A stretch of 64,000 nucleotides of DNA from a virus: the IMG/VR virus record IMGVR_UViG_3300010370_000034, positions 5,808 through 69,807 of that record. One strand, written 5' to 3'. A program made the position numbers and the translations under genes. Position 1 is the first letter of the stretch. Each line of letters starts with the position of its first letter. Positions 40,550-53,140 of the stretch are shown here, in pieces. Under the pieces are notes generated by a model. It did no database searches. It was not told the origin of the DNA and saw only the letters and a program-made list of their open reading frames with translations.

Positions 40550-40957
40550 TCACTTGTTCATCTGAAGTGTCGGTACAGGCATACCACCTTCAGTAGGGAC
40601 ATAGATGGTCACGTTACCATTTTTAGCGCCATCTTCAATACCAGTGATATACAGATACTGAAGATACTCACGATTATCTTTCAGACTATCACCAATGATT
40701 TGGTTTGCTTGGGCAACACCACGGGCACGAATCACCTCTGCTTCGGCAAGTTGTTGAGCACTATCTTTCTTCGCCTGTGCTTCAAGCACTGCTACCTGAC
40801 GAGTGTATTCTGCTTCTTGAAGTTGTGCTTTACCACTGAGAGTTTTAGTCCATACACCATATTGTGGAAGACCAAAAGCAAGACCAGCAATCACAATTAC
40901 ACCAGCAAGACCAACAGCAGCAACCGCAGGGTCAATAAATCCGTTTTGTTGTTTCAT
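40550..40957 (-). CDS. Membrane-anchored coiled-coil protein (SPFH/band-7 C-terminal-like)
   Basis: N-terminal TM helix, AEAEVIRARGVAQAN, YLQYLYI, IYVPTEGG. Confidence 0.6.
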   Translation of the reverse strand: MKQQNGFIDPAVAAVGLAGVIVIAGLAFGLPQYGVWTKTLSGKAQLQEAEYTRQVAVLEAQAKKDSAQQLAEAEVIRARGVAQANQIIGDSLKDNREYLQYLYITGIEDGAKNGNVTIYVPTEGGMPVPTLQMNK

Positions 40958-43900
40958 TTTGCAGATACTCCAGTGTTTTTAAAGATAAGGTTAGCAAGAA
41001 ATACAATAGCAAGATTTTGCCAAATGGTTAAATGCACATTAAACCAAGACAAAATCAGTCCAAGCAGTGCTGCTTCAAAGAATAGTCCAGCGACAGCAAG
41101 GACAATTACACCAAAAGCAACACCAAGAGCAGTAGAAGTTTTCATTTTTTAAAGAGAGAATAAACTATCATTCCAATAATAACATAAAACATGAATTTGA
41201 AAATCTTCATGCATCATATCCCTGAACCTTCAGGATAGCACGACGAGCATCATATGCTTGAGTCTCAGATGCAAACTCTGCTATCTTCTGATAGGTATCA
41301 CGATGATACAGTCCCCAACGACTGCTGCCAATGATGCCACGAATCACATAAGGATTGTCAAGACCCAGAGGATAGGGTTTCATGGTTGTCTTCTGAAGGA
41401 CTCTGTAAGTCTACAGCAGAATCAGGAACATCAACCGTACCAGGTGGACACTCTCCAGACTGTCCCAACTGCTCTTTACAGTAGGTCATAATAGCATCAA
41501 TAAAATCCTGCTCAGTCCATGTGTTAAACATAGACTCTTCTGGATCATTCTCATCCCATGAGATAGTGAATGATCCATCTTGTTCTTCTTTAACATCAAT
41601 TGCCATAATCGTCATCCCATGGTGCTTTACGTTCTAATACTCTACGAACCTTTGCAGTTCTTTCTGGATCTGGTGGTGCATTGATCGCTGCAACCAGAGC
41701 ATCATATTGTTCTTTAGTCACATACATCTTGGTAGGTTTCATTCCAAGATGTCTAATACACTTACGTTCCCATCTCCATTCTTTATACTTATACCATAAT
41801 TTTAAAATAACTCTTTTAATCACAGTAAAAATATCTCAATTAGTTTTACTAATTCAATAACAGCAAAGAAGCTGCGTATTGTCATCATGTCCCACATTTT
41901 AACCTTATAAAAATAGGGAAAAGATAGCAAATTACCAAATAATCTAAAGTAGATTCCAAATTGAACACTGTTAAACAAAATAACAGCATATCCAAAGATA
42001 AAAAACGTATTTCCAACAATACGCAACCAACTTAATCGTGGATATTGTGGATGTATGAATTTATCAGTATTACTCATTGTTCCTTGACCACACAAGAAGA
42101 AGTGCATTTAAGATCACCAGAAGATCCAGAGACAGTAGAAGTGTGTTGAGGTGTCTTCTCTGGTGTTAGATTATAGGACACCATTGCAGAAATGAAAAAC
42201 GCAAGTGCTGGAATTGCAACATACTGTAAATAGGTTTTACTGCTCATGGCGTCTCATCACTCCAATAGTATTTCAGTTTATCACCATCCGCAGAAATGTT
42301 CAAGTGATAGATTTTACCATCATCACCATACACACCAATCCAAAGTGTACGTTCGTTCATACTTTCAAGATGAAACATGTTAATATACTTCAACACAATT
42401 TCATCTGGGTTTTCTGTAAATCTACTCATTTCAGAATCTCATCAACATCAGGGCGATAAAAATCCATTGGTTTGTTCTTACCAAGCAGTTGTAGCACATA
42501 TCCCTCAAAATCAGTAGAGTCTGATTCGTAGATGCAATGCCCGTGATTGTTGTCACTCTCAGTATAGTTGCCAAGGTAATCAGCAAACGTAAGGAATACT
42601 GCCATAGCACGAGCTTTGTCATGCTCTGTGAGTGTTTTATGTGGATGTGCAATAATACACATAATTACGTTGAATAGCTCAGCGGGAGTATAGGAGAATG
42701 CTGGTGCTTCTTCATTTAGTTTCAGTGGATTGCTCATTTCAAACTTCTCCATATGCCTCTAAAATAGCACGGGCAACTGCAATTGCCAAGTCTTTTTGAC
42801 TGATACTCATATCCTCACGAGCACCACCTTCACAAGAAGTAATGAAGATGCCAGCATTATCTACTGTGAGTTCTACACGATGAGTTTTGTTTTCTGCTTC
42901 ATCGTGAATTTCAAAGACATCAATCTTACTACGAAGCACATCTGTACCAGGAAGTTTAGTGTAGAAGCTAGACATTAGAGTTCTGTGTGTACAAGTGTAT
43001 TATAGAGAATCCAGATCGGTTCTGGTGTGTCCTTGTGACGGTTGTTTAAGTGTCCCCAAACTCCTCAATACCTTACGAAGAAACTGTATAGAACCATAAA
43101 ACTCTTCACCATCTTGACCACCAATCACAATCCAATCAATTTCTTCCAGAGCAAGTTGAATCTTTTGATCTCTGGTGAGGTCTTCAAAATCTTTTTCAGC
43201 AAATTCCTTTCTTTCAATCGCAGCAAGGTGTTGGAATGCCTCTTTGTTTTCTTCCATAATGTTCTTAGCAATATCTAGAACTTTCTTTTCTTTTTGATCT
43301 TTAAAATACTCATCAATTGCTTCTTTCTTTACCGAATATGGGTCAATCGTTGACATAGTTCCTTGTAATGAATTTAAGAATTGTTCGTTTTCTTTCTCAC
43401 GACGTTCTGCTTCTTCAAACATTGCATCGGGATAGGGTTCTTGGTTCATCATGAGTTGTTTGATCTTTTGTTTGCCGTATTCCGTGAGTTGTTGTTTATT
43501 GGTGCGGAGTTGTTGGATTTCTTCTGGTGTGAGATCCACCCAGGGCATATCATCAGTCGATGTCATCGTAACGTCCTCCCGTGCGATACCATTCTAAGTT
43601 GCGTGGTTTAAATTGTAAGAAACTAAAAAGAATCTCAAAATGTCTGATACGAATGGAGAATCCAAACAAATCACTAGGTCCAATACCAAATAGAATAGTT
43701 GGAAACCATTCAGTTGCAGGATAGTCATCCCACTGAATAGTGCAATCAATCAATGCAAACTTAGGATAGTTTGAGAGCACTTGGAAATACCATTCATGCC
43801 CAAAATCATTGTAATAGACGTAATCAAGTAATTTCATGGCTGCCATGCATAAGATTTAAGGAGTTCATTGTCCTTTTCCAGTTGCTCTATTCTATCACAC

Positions 43901-46900
43901 AATTCTGTGATAATACCAATCAGACAATCATAATCAATTGTTTCGCTGTCGTATCCATTCTCCATGTCATAGTAACAGGAGTGTACAATCTCTTGTTTGA
44001 AGTTTCTTTCAGTCATCGTAAGTTCCCCTTGATCGTTCTAATACACTCATTCCACTTATAACTGTTAGTATCGTGTTCTTTCGGCAACCATGCTTCAATC
44101 TGATCAACAAGGTCAGTAATAATAGGATCTTTGTCTTGTGTTTCTGCGTCTCCCCACCAACGAACAATAATGTCTGTGAGAGTTTGTTTATCTTCAGTCA
44201 TTTACCATCACTCCAAGGATACTCATAATCTACTTCAATACATTCTAAAAGTGTGCGAGCAAAGGTAATCTCACCATAATCAGAACCATCTTCAAAAATA
44301 TCCCAACTATGGTGTGGATATTCATAATCTGGATTTAGATTATAACAAGTTGGTTGTTCTGCGTAATTTTTGAGAACTTTGATAAGATGTGCGAATTTTT
44401 CGGTGTCAGTCATTGTCCTCCTGTTGCTTCAAAACATCCTTGGTCGTAACCTTCCTCATACATTAGTTGGGCAAACTTTAAGAGTTCTTCGTCAAGACAA
44501 AACCAACTTCCATCATCTTCATCAAGACTAAACCCAACCTTTATAGCAAGTTTTAGGATTTCTTTATCAGTCATTCTTCACCCAAGTACAAGCAAAACAA
44601 ATCCTCGACATAAATCTCACAAACCTATTAGGTACTTTTCCTTCTACTGGAGTATAAGCAATACCATTACCAGGAGAACCACCAAACAGATAACAAGTCC
44701 AGTTAGATAGCTTTGGTATGGTGAGTTGATAGTCAGGGAATTTAGTTTCGTACCAATCAAACACACCATCCTCTTTTGCTTGTTTCATAGCATCTTTCAA
44801 TCCCTGTTCCACTTGTTCTGGTGTTTGTGGTTCTGGTTTCCATTCAGTCATAAGTCATAAGGTTGTTGAGGGTCTTTAGTCCATAATTTAGAATACACTA
44901 ACCATTTCTCTTGTTTATTATCCAATTCAGCAGTCCAGTGATACCCATTCTCATCAATAGCATCCAAATAATGAATACCTTTGCGGTCATCAATCACACG
45001 GGTGATAGTTACAAACTTTACTTTTTCGACCATAATCAATTACCGTTAATGATGTTCCAAAACTGTTTAGAGTTAGCACCAGGAAGATGTGGTAGTTTCT
45101 TCTCCCAGTATCCTGTGATGTGATAATACCATGATTTTAGCACATATGGGAGTTTCATTGATACTTGTTCTCTACTTCTTTCACACACAATAGGAAGCTA
45201 TCATCTCCATGATCACCAGAATACAGATAATCAATATGCCTCATAATCTCAGCCATCTTACGCAGTTTAGGTATCTGATCCTCAAGGTAATCAATCACAT
45301 CAGGGTCAAAGTTATACTTGTCACCATATTCATCTACTTTATTATTATTAACAATTGCTAATTCCAACTCATCAGCAAACTGTGCTACCTTGTAGTAATC
45401 GTAACCACAATCACCAAAATGTCCGCCGCTCATTGTTGTGCCTCAATAATGGATTTGATTTGTAAGAGATCTTCTAAACGTTCTTTGTGTTCATCATACT
45501 CCTCACAAAAGTCATCAAAACGCTCCTGGTGTCCTTCATCAATAAAGTTTGTTTCTTCACGGATTTCCCATTCAACATCAGACAACCGTGCTCGGGTATC
45601 ATCAATGAAGTATTCTAGCGTATCAATCAGCGACATCATTCACATCCTCAAACCATGTATCAAGAGAGTTAAAGATCTCAGTCACAATACTATCAGTGAT
45701 AGAATCAATGTGTGGTTCTGGATTGTGCTTAAATGCACGATTGTAACCGAACCGAACACCTTCCTCAATTGCCATTTCAAGTACAGCTCTAAATTTTGGT
45801 CTCATCATTTTGCAGACTTCTCCTGTTCAATCTCTTTTTTAAGTTTACGGATGCCAGTAATGAAGTAAGCAAAATCTCTTGTCTCTGTGATAGGTTTGGT
45901 CTCACCACACACATCACAGGTTGATTCATAAACAGAAGAGCAACCTACAGAATAAACACCATAGGTTCGTCCACAATCCATACAGGTTTTGTAGGCAGTT
46001 TCAAGTTTCTTGAGAAGTGCTCTCTTTTCTTTAAGAGTCATTTTAAGGAATTGCGAGTGGATTGGAACTCTTCTACATGCTGTAGAATACGATGTGCTGT
46101 CTCCTGGACAATCTCTCGGGTATTCTCATGGTCCCAGTCAGAGACTTCTGTCCAGACATAATAAATCTCATCAGTGATGGAATCAATCAGTTTGTCGTAA
46201 TGGGTCATGTCCAAGTCCCACGGGGGGAGTTCGATCTACAAGGTAATCATACAGCAGATCTGCAAACCCATAGTGAGGACGTGTGCCAGTTTCCAAACTG
46301 GACGACGTGGCAACCGTCCACATAATATCAAGTTCTTTTTTATCAGGCAGTTTTTTCATCTAACTTCTCCAAATGTTCAAAATTCCAAGTGCGTGTGAGA
46401 ATATCAATATCAATTCCAAATTTGTAAACCCAAAACATAAAACCAAAAAGTCCATTAGCACCAGAAGTAATCTGAAAATAAGGCCATCCAGGAGTATCAT
46501 TCCAACTAACTGATACTTGAATTAAAGAATAATTCTTTATGAATTTAGGAAAATGTCTTCCAGTATTTAAGATTTGTACATACCAATCATGTCCAAAATC
46601 TACTCTATGATTGAATTTAATTAAGGTCATCGTGTAACTCCACTCCATCTGTAAGATCTTTCATTCGATCAAAAAAATCTTCTGATATAGGAATAGTTTC
46701 TACTTTACCAGTTTCTATATCGTCTACCATTTGAAGCAATTCCTCTAGGAATTCCTTAGGATAAACATCATCTTCATTCAGTGATGCCCAGAACCATTCA
46801 ATACATTCTGTTTCTGGATCATCCTCTTTAAGAAGAGCATATCCTTTGTAGTTGTTTGACATGAGATCACGCCAAATCCAGAATGTCATCTTAATTGATT

Positions 46901-48417
46901 GCCAACCAGTCATCCAACAATGACCCACCCAATATTCCCACCAATTTAAAGTGGTCTTACGCTTATCAGTCCCCAGTATACTATTGGTAAGCATTTAATA
47001 TCCCCTTGCTCGCTTAAAACGTTCCGTTTCTGGAATCACCTCATCAATAATACCATGCCTGAAGAATATTTGACAACTTGGCCAAGGCGAATATTTGCAA
47101 TCCCACACAGCAGGATAAACCTCAACCACGCCATAATGATAGACTGGGCGCACTTTACCATGATTACCATTTGGAACCCATTTGTAATTTAAAAATAATC
47201 TTACAGGGTCATATCCATCATCACCCTCTTCAATGATTACAAAATCAGCAGTTCCACCTTCATCAATTTCAAATAACCTTCCCTTTGGATCAATCCAATA
47301 ATGACTCATTACACAATCCAAATCCTTGGTTTGTAATTCCTTTTGATACCCTGGACCTAGATCGTAAGAACTTTTAATAGTGTCAAACATTCCCATGATT
47401 ACTCTCCTATTTTTGGATCCTCATTCAAGTAATAACCTCTCCAGTCTGCTACTCTAATACACTCATCAATATCCCATGCTAGTTTTTTATTTGCAGTTGT
47501 AGAGTTGCGTGGTTTATAAACAATGCCAGTTTTCATGTCAACAAAACAATGAGTCTTAGGAACATCAGTATCTGTTAATTGTAATATACGATAGTACTTT
47601 CTATTATCATCATCTATAACAAAAGATCCAATGTCTATGTTATTATCAAGTTCTCTTCTCTTATATTTGATTTCTAGCGTCTCTCCACCCTCTGCTTCCA
47701 TTTTACTTAAAATGTAGCGAGTCTCTCTGAAGTAATCTTCAGTCAATCTAAGGCAAAGCAGACCAGTTTTAAGAAGAATCATACGTTCTACACGTTCCTT
47801 CTCTTCCAGTCTGCTTTTATAATCTACCTCAATATCTTCTTTTGTCTTTATACCTTTTTTGTATAATTCAAGTAAATCAGAATCCATTTTGCCTGCAATA
47901 AGATATATTATCTATATCTTTATGCACCCATCTCACGCATACTGCGAACAAGATATTCAGTAAATTGCTCCATTTTTTCTGGATGAACAGTCGCTGGATT
48001 GGTGTTAATTGCATTTCTAAGAGCATTCATCTCTTGCCATTCGGCATCAGTGAGTTTAGTATCCTTCTTAGAAGAAAATGTCATGCTGGGTTGCTCCCGT
48101 AACGTGTCAGCATATTCTAACAATATTTAACCATAAAGTGCGATTCCTTAATCTTGTCTTCAGGGTGTTGTAACAAAACTTTACGATCCGAACGGACCCC
48201 AAGTTCCTTTATCTCCCTCCATCCTCTGCTCCAGTTTGTCCAAAAGACCATCAAAGCTCATGATATGATCAATATCCACAATCAACTTTGAGATTGCGTT
48301 ACAAACCACGGGACGTTCCTGACGAGCAGCATAGGACAAAGCGTTACGGAGAGAAGACTCCGCTTCCTTCAAACTTGTTTCAACAGATTGAGACAGTGCC
48401 ATTGAATAAAATAACAA
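40954..48417 (-). other. Hyperplastic array of roughly 30 small hypothetical ORFs
   Basis: Continuous head-to-tail minus-strand ORFs of about 55-190 aa with overlapping junctions. Confidence 0.7.
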
Positions 48418-48450
48418 CTATTGATAATATACCAGCAAGTCAGTTCTATG

Positions 48451-49605
48451 TCAAGTAAACCAAGTAACGATTGAGTATCGTGTTCCATTGATAACAGGCA
48501 TAACCTCATGAGGATACATGAAGTTAGATGGAAATACAATGACAGATCCTGGTCTTGTTCTTATTTGCATCTCTCTGTCAAAGAATGCAAATTCACCTCC
48601 AATATAATCGTCGTTTAAATTAAACGACATAGAGACTGTTCTTGGTTGTGTTTTAAAACTATCAGTATGTTGAATGTAATATCCACCTTCTTGATATCTC
48701 AAAAGATCATATCCACTATCAGATTGCAAAAAACACTCTGGAAAATCTGCAATATATTTTTTTGCAGCAACAGCAGATTTGTTAAAGAGAATATCATCTA
48801 TCCTCCTCCGCACATCTTGATTCACATCAATCACATGTCCTAGAGATATGTTAATAATGTCACAATTCCTAACAGATGTATTTTGATTACCATTAACACC
48901 TATCTCAGATGTTCTCCATTCTGATGCATTCTCATATTCAGATATGATAAGATCACATTCTTCTTTTGTAAGAACATCATCATAGATTTTGATGTAATTT
49001 GCAACAGAGTTTAAACTTTTTGCCACAGTAACTTTATTCTCACTTGGTTTAATTAAGTCATCAGTTATTCTATGATCTTTATCAAAGTAACTATTAAAAT
49101 AAGGTCCGCGACTTCTTACATAATGTAAGAACACCTGATTGCAATATGTTCCTTTGAATGGTTCTCTCCAGTGGAGACCTTCCATACCCAAATAAAGCAT
49201 AGCATCACCTGGATTTAAAACTACCTCTTTTTTTATCTTTTTAGGAGTTTCAATCCATATCGACCATGGTTCATCACAATCTAAATTGAGAGTCAAAGAT
49301 ATCTCACACTGACATTTATCAACATGGGGTTTTAAATCATTACCATGTTGATATATTCTGGCGTAAGAATACGTTGGTATTACAGTCTCTCCAATTAGTT
49401 GGGAAACTATATTTGTTTTTTCACATAACAACTCTACAAAAGAGACGTAATCATATTTACTTTTACATCCAGATACTTGAGGATCGTCTTTTAGATCATA
49501 AGTATCTGCGTATTGTTTAAAATCTTCTGCTAATTGTTTTGCTTCTTCTGATAATATAAAGTTGGGAACAACCAAATAGTTGTCTTCAAATAATTTAGAG
49601 ATCAT
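48451..49605 (-). CDS. Tandem two-domain 2OG-Fe(II) oxygenase (prolyl-4-hydroxylase-like)
   Basis: Domain 1 LKPHVD...HWRE; domain 2 HTD...FPSNFMYPHEV..GTRYSIVTW. Confidence 0.85.
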   Translation of the reverse strand: MISKLFEDNYLVVPNFILSEEAKQLAEDFKQYADTYDLKDDPQVSGCKSKYDYVSFVELLCEKTNIVSQLIGETVIPTYSYARIYQHGNDLKPHVDKCQCEISLTLNLDCDEPWSIWIETPKKIKKEVVLNPGDAMLYLGMEGLHWREPFKGTYCNQVFLHYVRSRGPYFNSYFDKDHRITDDLIKPSENKVTVAKSLNSVANYIKIYDDVLTKEECDLIISEYENASEWRTSEIGVNGNQNTSVRNCDIINISLGHVIDVNQDVRRRIDDILFNKSAVAAKKYIADFPECFLQSDSGYDLLRYQEGGYYIQHTDSFKTQPRTVSMSFNLNDDYIGGEFAFFDREMQIRTRPGSVIVFPSNFMYPHEVMPVINGTRYSIVTWFT

Positions 49606-50402
49606 TTAGTAGGGAAATCCTCCTCACTTTCAACTTCTTCAATCAATTCTTCAATTTCATTTACAACTTGTTCAGTTGGATCTTCCTCAAACAATAGTTC
49701 AAGATTGAACTCACTATCCAATACACTTAAATCAATATTATTAAAATCTTTAATAACATTTTGATTACCCAAATCTGGATCACTTAACATTGCCTGTTCA
49801 GATATTGTGCTATCATCAAAGAATGATTCATCAATAGAATCATCAAACAGTGATGGATCAACATTACCATCAAAGATGGTCAGGTTATCATATCCTGCTT
49901 CAACTTGGAATGCATTCTTACTCTCCTCAATGTTGTCCTGCATTACACCAGCAGAATAGAAAAGGTTCTCATGAGACTCTGCAACCCGTTGATGTACTTT
50001 TTGCATCTGAACATCATGGTCTTCCTTGATAGCTTCAATCGTCTTCTCGTGACGTTGTTGCATCTTCTCCATTTGTTCTTCTAGTTCTCTCATGGCATCT
50101 TGCCATGAAATTGCCTTCTTGGCATCTTCCTCTTCCTTCTGCCTCTTAATATTCATTTGACGCTCATATTCAGCATCAAAATGATTTACATACTTTTCAA
50201 CATCAGCACGGGTACATGGAGTGTTTGGAACAGGAGAATCGTACTCAATCCAACCATCACCATCATCAGTTCCATTATCTTTCCATTGAATAGCCCAAAG
50301 GTGTTCTATATCCGCAAAAGGCCAGTTATCTTCTTCAAAGAAGATACCCGTACCATCAATACCAATATATCTGTCTTGTTCAATCAATGTAAACTTTTTC
50401 AT
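49602..50402 (-). CDS. Hypothetical protein; N-terminus resembles fibre-associated proteins, followed by a coiled coil and an acidic tail
   Basis: WAIQWK...GWIEY motif; located in the operon with the collar-like genes. Confidence 0.45.
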   Translation of the reverse strand: MKKFTLIEQDRYIGIDGTGIFFEEDNWPFADIEHLWAIQWKDNGTDDGDGWIEYDSPVPNTPCTRADVEKYVNHFDAEYERQMNIKRQKEEEDAKKAISWQDAMRELEEQMEKMQQRHEKTIEAIKEDHDVQMQKVHQRVAESHENLFYSAGVMQDNIEESKNAFQVEAGYDNLTIFDGNVDPSLFDDSIDESFFDDSTISEQAMLSDPDLGNQNVIKDFNNIDLSVLDSEFNLELLFEEDPTEQVVNEIEELIEEVESEEDFPTK

Positions 50403-50734
50403 TCTTCTGTTACCTCTTTAACATTAGCAGTTAAAACTTTATTCTCTCTTACATGTTGTAACATTTGAGCAGCAGCAGATAATACATTGATATTGCTTTC
50501 ATTCGCTTTTGCCATTTCGTTTCTAAACGATTCAACCGCTGCACCAGTTGAACGTTGTTGCTGAGAATTCTCAATCATCAACATTGGTAACCAATTAATT
50601 GCACATGACCATTCATCCACAGGTTCGCCAGTATTTGGATTGGTTCCTCTTATTTGAGTGTACCAAGAACATTCAAGTCCTTTACAATCAGATTGAATTA
50701 AGGGACAAAAGTTTCCAGGTTTAATTTGAGCCAT
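50399..50734 (-). CDS. Conserved Cys-containing phage protein
   Basis: CPLIQSDCKGLECSWY...GTNPNTGEPVDEWSCAI.W.P.L.IENS..QRSTGAAVESFRNEM. Confidence 0.65.
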   Translation of the reverse strand: MAQIKPGNFCPLIQSDCKGLECSWYTQIRGTNPNTGEPVDEWSCAINWLPMLMIENSQQQRSTGAAVESFRNEMAKANESNINVLSAAAQMLQHVRENKVLTANVKEVTEE

Positions 50735-50769
50735 GATTAAGTCAAAGTAGTAATTGTATTATAACATAT

Positions 50770-51354
50770 TTAGTTTAATGAGCAAATTATGCAATCAATA
50801 TATTGAACAGATAAATCTAACCCAAAAGTTCTTGTTTCATTCATAGTTGCGGATCCACTAAAGGGGTGCGTATGAGATCCACCTCCAGTATTTTCTATCA
50901 TCCCGCCTGTAGGAGTACTACCGAACGTGAGTATACTTCCACCAAAACTAAAAGGTGTTGCACCAGATCCTCCTGGGGTTCCAGTAAGTCCAGTATGTAC
51001 GTGATCTGGCAATTGAGATAGTGCTAATGTTGTATTTCCAACATTTTGTCCAGTTCCAGGAACAACTTGAATTGGAAACGTGTCGTTTACGGTAACTGAT
51101 AAATTACCACTTCCAGTTGATAATACTGTGGTAAAATTAGTAGTTCCTCCAGAACCACCACCAGTTCCAGATACAACACGCAATGCTTTATTGTTTTGAG
51201 TAGCAACTCTGGTCCATCCTGTTGGTGCTGATGCCTGATAAAAAACTTTAACAGTTCCAGCAGGATATAACCAATAAAAACTATTAATAGAATTTGCAGT
51301 ATCTGCAATATCAAATAAAACGCCAGTAGAAGTTAATCTTGCCATATCAATCAA
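50770..51354 (-). CDS. Short tail-collar/fibre-tip-like protein B
   Basis: APTGWT..ALRVVSG, TL..SQLPDHVH, HTHPF. Confidence 0.7.
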   Translation of the reverse strand: MIDMARLTSTGVLFDIADTANSINSFYWLYPAGTVKVFYQASAPTGWTRVATQNNKALRVVSGTGGGSGGTTNFTTVLSTGSGNLSVTVNDTFPIQVVPGTGQNVGNTTLALSQLPDHVHTGLTGTPGGSGATPFSFGGSILTFGSTPTGGMIENTGGGSHTHPFSGSATMNETRTFGLDLSVQYIDCIICSLN

Positions 51355-51910
51355 AAGAGCAGAGAATAACGTCGATATACTGAATTCTTAAATCAACTGA
51401 TCCACTACCAGTGGCAGTAAAATTTATATTACCACTAAATGGATGATTATGTGCTCCTCCAGTTCCACCAGGAGATACAACACCACCAGTATTATTTGTT
51501 CCACTAACTAAGAAGTTTGATCCACCACTAGAAGCAGAAGCAGTTCCTCCAGTTAAAGAATTATGTGTGTGATTTGGTATTTGGGATGTAGTTAATGTTG
51601 TGTCACCAACCGTTCCGCTTACGGGAACTGTGGCACTAAAACTTACACTAACAGGGGAGGTACTACTAGGAAAAACTGTAGTAAAAGGCAATCCTCCAGC
51701 ACCAGATACTCCACCAAAACCAAAATCACCACCAGTTCCAGATACAACTCTCAATGCTTTATCATTATGTGTGGTGACTTTTGTCCATCCAGTAGGTGCT
51801 GATGATTGGAAAAATACCGATACTGTTCCTTGTGCCAAAACTCCATACTTTGAATTTAATGAAGTTCCGTCGTCAAAGGTTACACCAGTAGCGGTTAATG
51901 TTGCTGCCAT
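51347..51910 (-). CDS. Short tail-collar/fibre-tip-like protein A
   Basis: APTGWT..ALRVVSG, TL..SQIPNHTH, HNHPF; ATAAATA late promoter at about 51939-51945. Confidence 0.7.
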   Translation of the reverse strand: MAATLTATGVTFDDGTSLNSKYGVLAQGTVSVFFQSSAPTGWTKVTTHNDKALRVVSGTGGDFGFGGVSGAGGLPFTTVFPSSTSPVSVSFSATVPVSGTVGDTTLTTSQIPNHTHNSLTGGTASASSGGSNFLVSGTNNTGGVVSPGGTGGAHNHPFSGNINFTATGSGSVDLRIQYIDVILCSFD

Positions 51911-51936
51911 CTTACAATAATATTTCTTTTATTTAC

Positions 51937-52239
51937 TTATTTATCCTTTATCCAAAATCCATCTGCGGTCATTGTCCAACCTTCCGCAACCATCTCATCA
52001 TAAGTCATAGGAGGAAGTTTTTTCATAATAAAAGACCCATCACCATTATCAACCCATTCAACATTATCTCCTTCTTTTAGATTAGCAGCATCAAGTAAAT
52101 CATCAGGAAGACTAATAAAATATTCTTCATGAACCTTTTCAACTTCCAAGGTCCAGGTCTTTTTAGGTTCAAGTGCTTGATTAAACTCTCTTTCTCTAAT
52201 CGTCTCCCCTTTGTCAGGAGATTCATAAATTTTTGTCAT
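51937..52239 (-). CDS. AbrB/MazE-type swapped-hairpin DNA-binding protein
   Basis: YFISLPDDLLDAANLKEGDNVEWVDNGDGSFIMKK. Confidence 0.6.
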   Translation of the reverse strand: MTKIYESPDKGETIREREFNQALEPKKTWTLEVEKVHEEYFISLPDDLLDAANLKEGDNVEWVDNGDGSFIMKKLPPMTYDEMVAEGWTMTADGFWIKDK

Positions 52240-52351
52240 GATTACTTGTAAATAAAAGGATCTTCTTTACTTAATTGTTTAGCCAATTTTTTGCTTTTTT
52301 GATTCTCAAGATATTCAAAAAATAAATTGAATAACTTGTTAATATATTTAA

Positions 52352-53140
52352 TCATAACCTAAAGGTATTGTAAATCTTTTGTGCGATCAATTTGTTGGAT
52401 TTAAAACCTGGGTGACTTAGATCTCTCGCATGATCGTCTGGTATAGGTTTATGCAAATCACACCCTGTTAATTTTGACGTAGTTGGAAAACAAGAGAATT
52501 CGTAATATTTGCATTTATCTATCCACAAATTCCTAATTAACTCAACATTAATCATATTGTATGGTATCAAATGATCAACCGCTTTATTATTGGGAGAATC
52601 TTCATAACCAAGTTTTAATTGAACATAGTTTCTTTGATATAAGAGATATCTTGTCATTCCAGTCATTGCATAGATAACCGCCTTCGGTGGTCCATATTTT
52701 TTATACAGCATCAAAGAATTATGTAATGCAAATTGTATAGATGATCCACCCATTCCCATGTTAATTACAGGAACATTGTATAATGATTCTAAAAAAAATG
52801 GTATGGTGTGAGAGTCATCTACTCCTGTTCCAAATATGTATGAGCACCCAAAAATAACAATAGAATTTGACCAATCAATATCTTTAAATTCTTTAGTCCT
52901 ATATCCGTGAGAGTTTAATGTATACTTAACTTTATGGTTTCTATAATACCAATCAGAGGATTGTGTTTTTAAATTTGATTGATAAGTCTCACAATCATCG
53001 GATCCAAAAAAATCCCAAGATCCAAATATATCAAATAAATCTATCTTTAATGGTTCCCCTGCATTTTGAACGGTGATATTTGGAAGAGGAATAAAATCAT
53101 TATTATTAATTGAGTTTAATATATTTGGATTAACCTTCAC
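52352..53140 (-). CDS. SGNH/GDSL-like hydrolase or acyltransferase A
   Basis: FGCSYIFG, NMGMGGSS, ARDLSHPG. Confidence 0.7.
   Translation of the reverse strand: MKVNPNILNSINNNDFIPLPNITVQNAGEPLKIDLFDIFGSWDFFGSDDCETYQSNLKTQSSDWYYRNHKVKYTLNSHGYRTKEFKDIDWSNSIVIFGCSYIFGTGVDDSHTIPFFLESLYNVPVINMGMGGSSIQFALHNSLMLYKKYGPPKAVIYAMTGMTRYLLYQRNYVQLKLGYEDSPNNKAVDHLIPYNMINVELIRNLWIDKCKYYEFSCFPTTSKLTGCDLHKPIPDDHARDLSHPGFKSNKLIAQKIYNTFRL

Noticed and set aside
48126-48165. Pho-box-like TTAA repeats
   Set aside because: Irregular spacing (21 and 11 nt), wrong orientation for the downstream gene, and no phosphate-related gene follows.
50770-51910. Diversity-generating retroelement TR/VR pair in the two collar-like genes
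   Set aside because: Similarity spans whole proteins with ordinary divergence rather than adenine-specific changes, and no reverse transcriptase is in the window.
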